Below, in pieces: positions 1 to 12,289 of a stretch of DNA of 64,000 bases. Each line of letters opens with the position of its first letter. Position 1 is the stretch's first letter. The DNA comes from Octopus sinensis (taxonomy: Eukaryota). Location: assembly GCF_006345805.1 (NCBI RefSeq), contig NW_021833432.1:10586-74585 (forward strand), read 5' to 3'. The position numbers were made by a program, and so were the translations under genes. Under the pieces are notes generated by a model. It had not been told where the DNA came from. It ran no database searches and was given only the letters and a program-made list of their open reading frames with translations.

Positions 1-101
1 TGTTCTTAGTTTGCAATTTGCAATAAAGCTGTTAAAAATATCCATGTTCGTTAATTGATTTCATTTATTAGTTTATAACTAAATTAGTGGTTCATATAAT
101 A

Positions 102-200
102 TGCGCAGGCGTTGCTATGTAGTAAGGAGTTCCCAAACACATGGTCTCAGCTCCAGTTCCACTCTGTAGCCCCTTGGGCTGGTGCCTTCTACTAAAGTGG
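102..200 (+). mobile_element. Degenerate 5' fragment of the main tRNA-derived SINE family
   Basis: GCGCAGGCGTTGCTATGTAGTAAG...CCTTGGGCTGGTGCCTTCTACTA resembles the head of the full copies at 1702 and 50209. Confidence 0.5.
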
Positions 201-741
201 CAGAGCGACCGAAGCCTTGCGAGTGGGCACCCTGTCCCTTTTCTTTTTTTTCTCATCCCTCCCTAATTCCCCTATCCCTCTGCCTCTATCTCTCTCCTCT
301 CCTTCCAAGTGACCGGTGTTCCGCATAGCCTGACCTTTCTTTCTTGGTTCGACTACCATCCGTGCAACAAATACATTACTTCCCATGCCAGTCATCTCTT
401 ATGTCCCTGCCGTAAGGCTTCACTTCCACACACGCCAGCTTAATTTAATTCGTCCTTAGTCGAAAGACATCTGTTGTTAATGTCCTGTTTTCTGCATTTG
501 TATTTGTGTACCATTTCTCCGTTTTTTTTCGTCCTTGTTTTCGTAAACATTAGCTGCTTTCTTCCAAGGAATCTAGTGCTCTTAGCTTAGATTTTCCTTG
601 GGGCTAGCCAGTTTGGAGCAGCCGAACCTTCAAAGATAATCTGGAACTCGAGTGACGAAAGAAAACTCCGAATGACCTGTCCTTGTTTTTCATCTCATTT
701 TTTGCATCATCTAACTGTCTGGATATTCTTGTCCCATTTTT

Positions 742-783
<42 letters not shown>

Positions 784-1085
784 ACAATGAATGATTTCAT
801 TTCAATATCTAATGTATATTATCTTAAGCCAATAGCACTGTCAAATCTTCAGAGATGCGTGACTCATATGTAATTTTACTGGATTATATTCATACGTACA
901 TTCAAACATGTTATATATAAAACTTTATCCACATTATTTATCCACAATAGTAACCACACTATTGGATGTTGTGATGCATCGCTGGTCACACTGTGCCTCC
1001 AATTGTATCTTGATTTCAAGATGTAAAAAATTCTTATCTTTTTAAACTTATGAATGCATTTATGTATTATGTGTTTGTTTGTCTG

Positions 1086-1301
<216 letters not shown>

Positions 1302-1701
1302 CGTGTGCATATATGCATAAAAAGGTACATATTTACAATATTTTTAGGAAGAATATATATTATGTATATAAATATAATTAGAGGATGTGTAAACCTCATG
1401 AAAGGATGGTTTCATCCAAAGAAATTCAAATACCTAGTATTTTCAGGGAATGAATTTCCTGCAAATAATAGGTATATATAAAAAACAGTTCACATTCATT
1501 TAAAAGGAGAAAAGAAAATGAAGATTAAGAAGTCAATAATTGTTCATTATTCACAGCAAATTGGTCATCTTCACTTACACCTGTTTCAGTTGAGACTCAA
1601 TAAACATTGAATTTACATTAATGGGACATCAGAGCAAAAAAGGTGTACATTTTTTTTTCTCCAAACTTCATGTTTATGCAAGTTCCGATCACACCGACGT
1701 A

Positions 1702-1878
1702 GGCGCAGGAGTAGCTGTGTGGTAAGTAGCTTGCTTACCAGCCACATAGTTCTGGGTTCAGTCCCACTGCGTGGCACCTTGGGCAAGTGTCTTCTACTAT
1801 AGCCTCGGGCCGACCAATGCCTTGTGAGTGGATTTGGTAGACGGAAACTGAAAGAAGCTCGTATATATATATATATAT

Positions 1879-1940
<62 letters not shown>

Positions 1941-2170
1941 GTATGTGTGTGTGGTATATGTGTGTGTCTGTGTTTGTCCCCCTAACATCGCTTGACAACC
2001 GATGCCGGTGTGTTTACGTCCCCGTAACTTACCAGTTCAGCAAAAGAGAGCGATAGAATAAGTACTAGGCTTACAAAGAATAAGTCCTGGAATCAATTTG
2101 CTCAACTAAAGGCGGTGCTCCAGAATGGCCGCAGTCAAATGACTGAAACAAGTAAAAGTGTAAAAGAGTA
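1702..2170 (+). mobile_element. Full-length tRNA-derived SINE (family A, resembles octopus CORE-type SINEs) with internal (TA)n/(TG)n
   Basis: Head GGCGCAGGAGTAGCTGTGTGGTAAG, B-box-like GGGTTCAGTCCC, CORE-like CCTTGGGCAAGTGTCTT, tail GACTGAAACAAGTAAAAG; seven other near-identical or partial copies in the window. Confidence 0.9.
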
Positions 2171-3018
2171 TTTGGATGTTATATGTGTGCTTATCAATTC
2201 ACTTTAGCAGAAAATGACCAATTTTCTGTCAATACTAAACAATTATTAAATTCCAAATCTCCGTTTACTTTTCTTCTATTATATATGTGTGTGTTTTTGT
2301 ACGTGAGTGTGTGTGTGTCTGTTCGTGCGTGTGTGCGTATGTGTGTGCAGTTAGATAGACGGATATAGATATATTGATATATACATACATATAAAGTGTA
2401 AGTGTACTTATATATATATATGTATACATATATATATCTATGTATATGTGTGTATATGTGTGTGTTTGTGTGTGTGTGTGTGTGCGTGCGTGTGTGAGTC
2501 TGTGATTGTGTAGTGAATCCAGGATGCACGAATCTATTATCCACCATCTACATCTATCACTGTACGTGGTTGAACACATCAGCCATATTGTTTTCTAGAG
2601 TTCCTCCCCTTTCAGTTCTTAATTATAACACTTCAGTGCAAGGGACAATCCACAATCACTTCCATGTTGCCTGAACCAAAATAACTAACAATTATTAATT
2701 ATGTATCCCTAATTCCTCCCGAATTTGCGCTTCATTTTGCAGCAGTGCATAAATTAAATATCAGTCCAGAATTATGGCCGATAGAGAGTCCTATACACCT
2801 GTCATGAATTTCTGTCGTCGTCGTAATGTTAGAAAATACAACAGCAGAAACTACAGCTATTGTTATTGAACGGTGGTGTTCTTGTTGTTCATGGAAAAGC
2901 ATGAAGTTATTATGAAAGGAATGAATGCTGTTGTTGATTTTGACTTTACTGCTTCAGACAATTTTTGACTCGAAGACGTGTATTGACGTAGTTTCCAGCA
3001 TAAACACGGTGTGCGCCT

Positions 3019-3019
<1 letters not shown>

Positions 3020-3051
<32 letters not shown>

Positions 3052-3097
3052 AACACATACACACACACACAAACACACACACACATACACACACACA

Positions 3098-3141
<44 letters not shown>

Positions 3142-3269
3142 TATATTCACATGTGTATACATATATGTATGTGTGCATGTATGTATATACAAACATGGAT
3201 ATATACATCAGTCCTTGTCTCTCCCTCACTCCCTCTCAATATACATATACGCATATATATATATCATAC

Positions 3270-3301
<32 letters not shown>

Positions 3302-3515
3302 GTGTGTATATGTATATGTGCATTGTGCGTATGAGTACGTATGTTCCTCCTCTCACACATGCACATATATGCATATGCATAATATATACCTACATAATAC
3401 CTACCTGCCTTCATATATATATATACATACATACATACATAAACACACACACACATATATATGTATATATGTATATATACATAGACACACACGTACACAC
3501 ATATATGTAACATAC
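3020..3515. repeat. Compound (CA)n/(TA)n/(TACA)n microsatellite
   Basis: Directly visible. Confidence 0.9.
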
Positions 3516-3653
3516 TCAATATGGTAATCATTATCTCCTTCTTGAAGTGAAAGAGAATGTTTATTTTATTATTCATATTTCTTACTTCGTCTTATTGTTG
3601 TTCATTTCTTCTGGTGCGCGTTCCTCTTCATTGTTGCTTTTTTGCTGCTATCG

Positions 3654-3685
<32 letters not shown>

Positions 3686-3904
3686 GCTGATCTTTTTGCT
3701 GTTTAGTTATTGTTTTTGTGTTAATGTTATTTCTATTGTTGTTGTTTTTTGCCGTTATTATTTTCTTTTTTTTCTTCTCTGGAATATCTTGGATGCCACC
3801 AAATATACTCGAAGAAAACAAGATGAAACGAATGTGAAATAGGACACTGAATATAAAAGGAGGAAATTAGCTGGTGGACTATATTAACAATGACATTGAG
3901 AAGA

Positions 3905-3974
3905 CGAATAGTAGTAATAATGATGATGATGATGGTGATGATGATGATGATGATGATAATAATAATAATAATGA

Positions 3975-4006
<32 letters not shown>

Positions 4007-4014
4007 ATATTGAT

Positions 4015-4063
<49 letters not shown>

Positions 4064-4085
4064 TAATAATAATAAAGTAATTATA
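3905..4085. repeat. Compound trinucleotide microsatellite (GAT)n-(AAT)n-(TAG)n-(AAT)n
   Basis: Directly visible. Confidence 0.9.
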
Positions 4086-4142
4086 ATAAAAGTAATAACA
4101 ACATTACATGCGCGTAACAATGCATGTGTGTGTGTATGTATG

Positions 4143-4176
<34 letters not shown>

Positions 4177-4344
4177 ATATATATATAAAGCCTGAAAGAG
4201 AGGTGCTTCTGATAGAGGCCTCCCAAACTTTAAGACGCATGGAAACATATCAAACTGCTTGACATGATAATAATGATGATGATAATAATAATAATGACTA
4301 CACTAAATCTGGTGGTGGTGGTGTGGTGGTTGTTGTGGTGTGGA

Positions 4345-4488
4345 GGGCTAAGTAGATTAACTGGTACTTATTTTATCGATCCTAAGGCAAAGGCAATGTC
4401 GACTTTTGTGGAGTCGGAACTCAGAACGTAAAGACGGACGAAATGCCGCTAAGCATCTTTCCCAGTGTGGTAACGACTCTACCAGCTC
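4345..4488 (-). mobile_element. SINE family B fragment
   Basis: AACTGGTACTTATTTTATCGA...AAAGGCAATGTCGAC...GAACTCAGAACGTAAAGACGGACGAAATGCCGCTAAGCAT recurs at about 9.5, 9.9, 10.1, 57.0, 57.2 and 58.1 kb; central block resembles conserved animal SINE domains (inference). Confidence 0.75.
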
Positions 4489-4540
<52 letters not shown>

Positions 4541-4744
4541 ATATCTTTTAATTACGTTTACAGGATACGTTTTGAATAGGTACATAAAAGTTCCTATTGA
4601 ATTATGTCCACTACAGCCTAATGATGCCACCTAGCAACAATCAGTTTTTTGGGGTGGCACTGAGCTGTACCGATATAATGTAGGATATAGTAATAACAAT
4701 AATAGTCCTTGATTGGAATTTATAAATATTTATATATATGTATG

Positions 4745-5360
4745 TATTATTTTCTGCGCAAAATAAAAATAATTGATAATAAACAACAACAATAATATAG
4801 GTAGTTGCAAGCGTTAAATAGCGTTAGATAGCTATAGAATTGAAATTCGTACTTATCAAAATGGCACACGAGGCGCCTAGCTGTTAGAAAGAGTTAAAAC
4901 CTCCAGATAAACCATTGAATAATACAACAGAATACAACAGTATTTGGGCAAACGGGTAAAGAATCTAGATATACCATCGCAGCTAAATGCTTTATAATCT
5001 GGCATTTGGATACTCTTGTATCATGGTTTCGAGTTCTGACGAAAAAGTCATAACTCTCATCAGAAAGATTTACCAAGTGAAAAAATTCAACTCGGTTCGT
5101 TGAAGTCTGCTGGTGTTCTGAATTTCTGTGCGCCAAATATCAGAACAGCTTCAGTGTAAATGTATTAATATGGAGTAAATATTCAAATGTGAATATTCAT
5201 ATAAATATCATTATTATTATTATCTGCGGTAAATATGAATAATTGATAATAACAACAACAATAATATAGGTGGTTCAAGGCTTTAAATTGCGTTAGATAG
5301 TTATTGAATTAAAATTTATATATCAAAGGACACGAGATGCCTACATGCAAGAAAGTAACT
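4745..5360. repeat. Pair of ~145-bp diverged direct repeats (4745-4895, 5216-5360), probable PLE pseudo-LTR tandem
   Basis: AATAATTGATAATA(A)ACAACAACAATAATATAGGT..GCGTTAGATAG.TA..GAATT.AAATT...CACGAG in both copies; hammerhead motif lies between them. Confidence 0.7.
5013..5069 (-). ncRNA. Type I hammerhead ribozyme motif (intact core, damaged stems I/III)
   Basis: Minus strand TCTTT-CTGATGA-GAGTT[ATGACTTTTTCGTCAG]AACTC-GAAAC-CAT-GATA-CAAGAG: core CUGAUGA and GAAA intact, 5-bp stem II; one substitution each would restore stem III (ACCATGGT) and stem I. Confidence 0.6.
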
Positions 5361-5371
5361 CCCACTATATA

Positions 5372-5407
<36 letters not shown>

Positions 5408-5415
<8 letters not shown>

Positions 5416-6326
5416 AAAGGGCTTAGTAAAATAAATTACTTTGCCGCATACTGAACTCATTAGAAATAGTAGCTAAAAAAACTTTTTTAAACTATTTCTA
5501 ATACTTAAGAAAACCTCTCTCATATAGTGTTTGCTCAATCAACTCACGAAAGTATGGGGGTAAAGACATTAAAAAATCAAATGCAAGGTTATTTGAGAAC
5601 GTACGTTTCAAGATTAGTAAACTCGACATTTCTATCATCAGCTCAGAACTCCTTGGTTTGGATTTGAAAACACTGAAAGTGTGAGCATACCCTTTCGGCT
5701 TCTTATCGCTTCTGAAGATCTGCTCGAAACTAACAGTGCCAGCAACTCAAATATGCAAGCGAAGAATTTCTGTTCTCCCTTTCCACCAGCGTGGGTTAAA
5801 ATCAGTAAACACTATGCTTTTTTCGGTAAAATCCGAGGCATTAATAGAGAGAGATGAATTATAATTTCAACAATTGAGGGTAAAATTAATTAATTATTAA
5901 TCAATTTCACCAAGCATAGTGTTTACTGATTTTAACCCACGCTGGTGGAAAGGGGAGAGCAGAAATTCTTCGCTTGCATATTTGAGTTTGCTGGCACTGT
6001 TAGTTTCGAGCAAATCTTCAGAAGCGATAAGAAGCCGAAAGGGTATGCTCCCACTTCAGTGTTTTCAAATCCAAACCAAGGAGTTCTGAGCTGATGATAG
6101 AAATGTCGAGTTGACTAATCTTGAAACGTACGTTCTCAAATAACCTTGCATTTGATTTTGTAATGTCTTTACCCCCATACTTTCGTGAGTTGAATTGAGC
6201 AAACACTATATGAGAGAGGTTTTCTTTAGTATTAGAAATAGTTTTAAAAAAGTTTTTTTTAGCTACTATTTTAATGAGTTCAGTATGCGGCAAAGTAATT
6301 TATTTTACTAAGCCCTTTTATATAAT
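5408..6326. repeat. Long inverted repeat, arms 5408-5819 and 5912-6326, 92-bp spacer
   Basis: Left ATTATATAAAAGGGCTTAGTAAAATAAATTACTTTGCCGC... is the reverse complement of right ...GCGGCAAAGTAATTTATTTTACTAAGCCCTTTTATATAAT, with scattered mismatches. Confidence 0.95.
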
Positions 6327-6628
6327 GTAATAATTAGAATTCGCCTTAATGGTCCCTTTGCATACTGAATACTGGTGAAATTGATTAATAATTAATTAAT
6401 TTTACCCTCAATTGTTGAATTATATATATATATATATATAATATTATATATAATATATATATGCAATAAAGGTGGAATATAATTAATTTAATAAAATAAT
6501 CAATTTCACCTAGTAGATTTGTCGCATATATCTGGGTAAAAACGGTAAGATAACAAAAGAAAGAAAGAGAATTCAATATTATGTAAATAGAGGAAATTTA
6601 TCTATAAAATAATATGTACAATTATACA

Positions 6629-6730
6629 ATAGTCAAGATAAAACTGTGAGTTTCGGATGCCGAAGTGGAAATCCACAACAACATCTCTTCTATTATTCTG
6701 GGCAGATAACTCACAGTTTTATCTGACTAT
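6629..6730 (-). other. Degenerate hammerhead-like PLE terminal sequence with a 24-bp fold-back
   Basis: Second copy of the 7996-8070 sequence; arms ATAGTCAAGATAAAACTGTGAGTT / AACTCACAGTTTTATCTGACTAT; core decayed to TAGAAGA. Confidence 0.5.
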
Positions 6731-6791
6731 ATATATATACATATATGTGCATATATATATATATATATATAATATATATATATATACATAC

Positions 6792-6848
<57 letters not shown>

Positions 6849-6926
6849 TATATATATATAATATTATTAAGTAAAAAGATGGGAATATTTGATGGATATA
6901 ATTTATTAACATTTTTAATATATATA

Positions 6927-6981
<55 letters not shown>

Positions 6982-7940
6982 CATATTCGAGTTATAGTTG
7001 ATCAAATAGTCCTTCGTACATGACTTGCACTTTTTTTATTTATTAAGACCCGAATGTGACAAGGTAAAATAATTTGCATGGATGAGATATAATCTCAAGG
7101 TAGAAAACATTGCCACGGTATATTTTTCACTTCATTTTGTCGGAGTCCAAGATAGTCGGTTTCGATATTACTAACTTGTCGAACGAGATACTTGCAGTGT
7201 CTGTTCAAAATTGTTGCTTTCTGAATTCCAGTTATGTCGTGTAGAACAGCAGCAGCCTCCTCCTTGTGGATGAGGACAAGAAATTTGGAGAAATGTGAGA
7301 TATCGATAGAAAATACACCTATGTCAAACAGAATGACGTGTCGTTTGGTGCAACATATCCCGCACGCCGTAATATTAAAAACGAGTAAAAATATTCTGGT
7401 ATAAAATCTAGAACAGGACACAGATACATACGTACATACGCACATATTGACACACGTGCACAAAAGGATGCACATATCCATACGTATAAAATAAATAAAT
7501 AAATAAAAATAAAATTAGACCATATTTGTCGAAAACATGTTTGGAGTTATTTTATTTTCAGAAATAAAAAAGAAAAATTTAAAATTTATGGAAAGAAATG
7601 TTCATAAACCGTTGTTGTTTATCAAAATCTGACATTGCTTCCATATTTTCCGTGTAATTCCTGTTCATGGAATGGCAGAGTGGAAAAAAAAAAGCATAGG
7701 TTTAAATTTGTTGTCTTAGAAACAAGGTCGGTTTGATTGACAAATTGTTGCTAAAAGCGTCGATCTGGGTGGCTTTTTTTTTGTTTTTTGTTTTTGTAAA
7801 CCAGCAGCAACAACAACAAGAGCAATAACAAGAAATAGTTCTTAGATAACACTCAATGTTTGCTTATGCGTTTTATATTGCTTGTGGAATTATTTTATTT
7901 CACATATCTTTCGGTTGTTACGACAACGAATCGGATGGCC

Positions 7941-7971
<31 letters not shown>

Positions 7972-7995
7972 TATACAATATGTTACATTACTCGG

Positions 7996-8070
7996 TAGTC
8001 AAGATAAAACTCTGAGTTTCAGATGCCGAAGTGGAAATCCACAACACCATCTCCTCGGTTATCTGGCTAT
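7996..8070 (-). ncRNA. Minimal type I hammerhead-like motif in the 3' region of a PLE (core variant CCGAGGA)
   Basis: Minus strand AGATAA-CCGAGGA-GATG[..]CATC-T-GAAACTC-A-GAGTT-TTATCT: 6-bp stem I, near-palindromic stem III, GUU site; about 190 bp downstream of the GIY-YIG ORF on the same strand. Confidence 0.5.
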
Positions 8071-8256
8071 TTGAAAACGTTATGAAAAAATACCGTTAAA
8101 AATGAAGGGAAATTACTCTGTTATAACTCTGCTTTGCCTGCGTACTTAACATCGCTCGCATTTTTCGTCATAAAAAATTATATAAAACCATAAAAATATA
8201 TAAAAATATATAAAAATATATAAAATCTTCTTGGGACATAACACAGAAAGCATGTT

Positions 8257-8878
8257 CTATCCGTTTTCTTTAGGAGACCAAAAACGTAACAGAAATTTAG
8301 TCACATGTGGGCATGATCCGAAAAGCTCTGTCCTTGTATTTAGACATGTGGTAGGGTCTAAGCTGCTTTTCCAGATAAGCCATCTCTCCATGTCGCATAA
8401 ACCGCACCTTCCGCTGCCGTTAGTATAGGGCTTACATCTGGCCAAAATCTTCCATTGTATGTTATAATCGACACCTTTATCTCTTAAAGACCAAATATGA
8501 TTGGATAATTGTGTCGCTTTTCTTTTGTTCCAGTGCCTAAAGCTCAAAGTGTGGTTATTGAACCTGGCCTTGAAATTACCCTCTGTTAGGCCCACGTATT
8601 TCTTCGTCGAAACGGTGTCTTTAGTGGTTATAGAGTTTACGGTAGCTTCATATATGATGGTCTTGGACATGCAAGCTCCATTTAGCGGGCACAATTCTTT
8701 ATTCCTGCATGAACAGCTGTTTTCTTCTTGTGTTTTTAGTATGTTATGATTGATTATGTTTTTAAAATTGTAGTTAAACTAAAACTAATTTTAAATTGTG
8801 TCTATTGAAGAGTTTCCTATAAGCATGGTTAACTGGAAAATGTCTATCTATCAGTGCTAGGAAATATTTACCTATATT
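8257..8878 (-). mobile_element. Penelope-like element, RT-linker plus GIY-YIG endonuclease C-terminal fragment (frameshifted near 8780)
   Basis: NIGKYFLALIDRHFPVNHAYRKLFNRHN / NFKNIINHN..CSCRNKELCPLNGAC..IIYEA..KKYVGLTEGNFKARFNNHTLSF..CGLCDMERWLI..LNTRTELFGSCPH, typical PLE linker and EN motifs. Confidence 0.9.
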
Positions 8879-9185
8879 GAAGGCCACCTCGGGTGAGTAA
8901 GGGGGCGTAAACCAGATGACCTTCTTATTTCTATTATTCCTTTTCCTTACTGTTGGGCTGGTGATAGGTGTATATTTTATTTTTTCGCTAAAATTTTTAG
9001 CGTTAGGGACGTATTAAGGGATCCATTTGTTTCGTCAGGGGAGATATTCCTGTACATAGAAATCAGAACAGATTTTATAGTGAAGAGAAATATGAGTGAT
9101 TTAAATGGCTTTATAGCGGTTTTGACTGCTATTCTAAAGTTGTATGGGTTTTGTAATTGTGACTTGTTCCTAATTATAAATATGC

Positions 9186-9223
<38 letters not shown>

Positions 9224-9390
9224 ACACATAGACACACACATATAGGGTGTATGTATGCATGAATCCATATATATGTCCATATGTATGTGTGTATGTGTGT
9301 ATGGACATACCTGTATATATATTAATGTGTGCGTGCATATATATATGCATACACACCAATATGTATATATGTATGTATATATATTATTAT

Positions 9391-9444
<54 letters not shown>

Positions 9445-9507
9445 TCCTTATGTCTTTTATTTACTTAATATAAATTATAAACAGCATATCATAATGGTTT
9501 CAAATGT

Positions 9508-10245
9508 TACTCATTTTATCGAATCCGAAAGAATGAAAGGCAAAGTCGACCTTTGCGGTATTTGAACTCAGAACGTAATAGACGGACAAAATGCTTAGCG
9601 GCATTTAGTCCGGCGCAGTAACGTCTTTGTCAACGATTTATAAATATTCCATATTAAACAGGATCACAGTGAGTGTGTAACTTCGATGTTTCACTCATAA
9701 AGCAATGCTTGATCTGAATTTATCTGAAATGATCTCGTCCAAAATCCCAGGAACTGACACAAACCGGAACCTCGTAATTGCGAAACGCGAACTGCTTGCC
9801 CAATTAAATGTACTCCTTCAATATACCCCAAAATACGGAAAATAGAGTATATTGATTTTAAATGTTGGCACAAAGCCAAAACATCTCGGAGGAGGGATTA
9901 AGTCGATTACATCGACCTCGAAGCTCAACTGGTCCCTTATTTTATCAACCTCGAGAGAATGAAAGGCAAAGTCAAACTTGGCGGAATTTGAACTTAGAAC
10001 ATGAAGTCGGACGAAATGCAGCTAAGAATTTTGTCCGGTGTGCTAACGATTCTGCATAAAATATGGCAGAAAGCCGGTTATTTTAGGGTAGGAACTAAGT
10101 CGATTAAATTGACTCCCGGTAATCAACTGGTATTTGTTTTTATTGATCCCGAAAGGACGAAAGTCAACCTAGGCATGATTTGAACATAGAACATAGATGG
10201 ACGAAATGCTGCTAAGCATATTGTCCGGCGTGCTAACGATTCTCT
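9508..10245 (-). mobile_element. Cluster of three SINE family B fragments (9508-9632, 9880-10036, 10075-10245)
   Basis: Each carries the GAAAGGCAAAGTC.ACCT.GGC..ATTTGAAC..AGAAC...GGACGAAATGC.GCTAAG block. Confidence 0.75.
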
Positions 10246-10983
10246 TTATATATTACTACAGATATATGCAAATGCACGCACGCAAAAACTCTCACATGTA
10301 GACTCACACACACGTACGAACACACACAGACACACGTGACGTTCTAATCTTTATAGGTAAAAATAAAAAAAAAAACGATATATATGTGGTGTCTATTTTT
10401 ATCTCGCTCGAATTTAACATTGGTTTACATGTCTACACCACTGCTAGAACATCACATACTATTCTTTCTAATATACCTTTCATAAGTGAATGCACGCATG
10501 CATACATACATACATACACACGCATACATACATACATACATACATACATACATACATACATACATACATACATACATACATACATACATACATACACGCT
10601 TGAACGTGTGCGCATAGACAAATACGCACGCAATAACACATAGCAATCCGTGTATCATATTTGAAGCAGATACATTGCTGAAAGCCTAATTGACTGCAGT
10701 ATTCTTCCTAAGATAGCATCTCTTTTGGACGTACAGCGTTAAAAGCACAAAACTATATCAGTAGTAGACGAAGATGGTCCAGTAACTGCAGCAGCAGTGG
10801 TTGTTTTGTTAGATACACATTTCTCCCTCATTGCACTTCATCAATAGCAAGAATCCTCAGGCATAGCGAATTTTTACTGAGCTGGCCGGCTAATTGTAAT
10901 ATCAGCGATTTTTCAGTCATTGTTTTCCTCAGTCATTCAGAAATGCATTTTGTTCGACACGCTATACATACGAACACACACGC

Positions 10984-11020
<37 letters not shown>

Positions 11021-11086
11021 CACAAACGCGCGTGCACCTCTACACACACCACCACACACATATATATATTATTATTATTATATATT

Positions 11087-11183
<97 letters not shown>

Positions 11184-11758
11184 GATAATAATAATAATAA
11201 TAATTCCATGATGTCTAATTAAGTTTTATTGATACATGGTTGATCAATGAAATGGATATTGAGATGAATTAAGAAATGTTAGACACCCATATCGTACTCT
11301 AAATATAATTTATGTCGTCTCCACAATAAATACCATACCGATATCCGGCATTAAGAAGCACTAATAGTAGCAGTGACACCAACACCACCACCACCATCTC
11401 TTCGTCGAGGGCGTCGTCATCATTATCGTGGTCGCCGTCATTATCGACTTTTTCACTGTTGCTTTGATGGTAGCTAAGAAGCAGTGTATCGCAGTATCCA
11501 TTATCTTGTATTTGTTTCAGTCATTAGTCTGCGGCCATGCTGCAGCACTGCCCTGAAGAATTTTTATCGAAAAAAATTGATCCCAGTATTTATTCTTTTT
11601 AAAGCTTGGTAATATTCTATTAATATCTTTTGCCGAACCGCTATGTTGTAGTTTCTCAAGCAGTGATGGGGGAGAATGGTGAAGAAACACAGAGAATGGG
11701 AGACAAGCACTCATAATTATAAATACATATATACGACGGGCTTCTTTCAGTTTCTGTT

Positions 11759-12010
11759 TTATTACTCCTGCTTTAGCAAAGGCAGAGGTATTGTTTTCAG
11801 TCGTGTTTGTTTGTTTGTTTGTCCGTTGACAATATATCTCAAGAACCATTGGATGGATTCGGATGAAACTTTCAGGGATGTTTGGCCTCGTGACTGGCAG
11901 GAACTGATTAGATTTTGGAATTAATCTGGTACTGGACAAGGATTCTGAATTATTATATTTTTTTTTACTTTATGCTTGAGAGCAGTCGGGTTCATTTTTA
12001 GTATTCTCTT
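11759..12010 (+). mobile_element. Probable Helentron-associated interspersed element (HINE/DINE-1-like)
   Basis: Starts TT|ATTACTCCTGC...AAGGCAGAGGTATTGTTTTC, then (GTTT)n, then ATCTCAAGAACCATTGGATGGATT..GATGAAACTTTCAGG and ATTAGATTTTGG, the usual HINE layout; 3' end degenerate. Confidence 0.5.
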
Positions 12011-12019
12011 GGGGGGGGG

Positions 12020-12285
12020 TGCATGTGTGTTTGGATGTGTGTGTGTGGATATGTGTGATAGTTTATCTTTGTGTTTCTGTTTGTCTCCCATCGTCGTTTC
12101 AAAGCTGGTGTTGATGTGTTTCCGTCCCCTGTGACATAGCGGTTCGGCAAAAGTTATCGATAGAATAAGTGCCAGTCTTAGAAAACAGTACTGGGGTCGA
12201 TTCATTCGAGTGAAACGTCTTTAAGGCGGTGCGTGATCATGACTGCAGACTAATGAGTGACCGAAACAATAAAAGATAAAAAGTA
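12020..12285 (+). mobile_element. SINE family A, diverged 3' half
   Basis: GCGGTTCGGCAAAAG..CGATAGAATAAGT..GGGGTCGATT..AAGGCGGTGC..GAAACAATAAAAGATAAAA. Confidence 0.75.
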
Positions 12286-12289
12286 TCCT

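Noticed and set aside
640-700. GAG-TGACGA..CTCC-GAAT-GACCTGTC hammerhead-like string
   Set aside because: Core lacks the first C, has GAAT in place of GAAA, and stem III does not close canonically
5705-5745. CTGAAGA-TCTGCTC-GAAAC in the arm of the long inverted repeat, and CTGATGA-TA-GAAA at about 6091
   Set aside because: No stem II or stem I pairing; the cleavage triplet would be GUG
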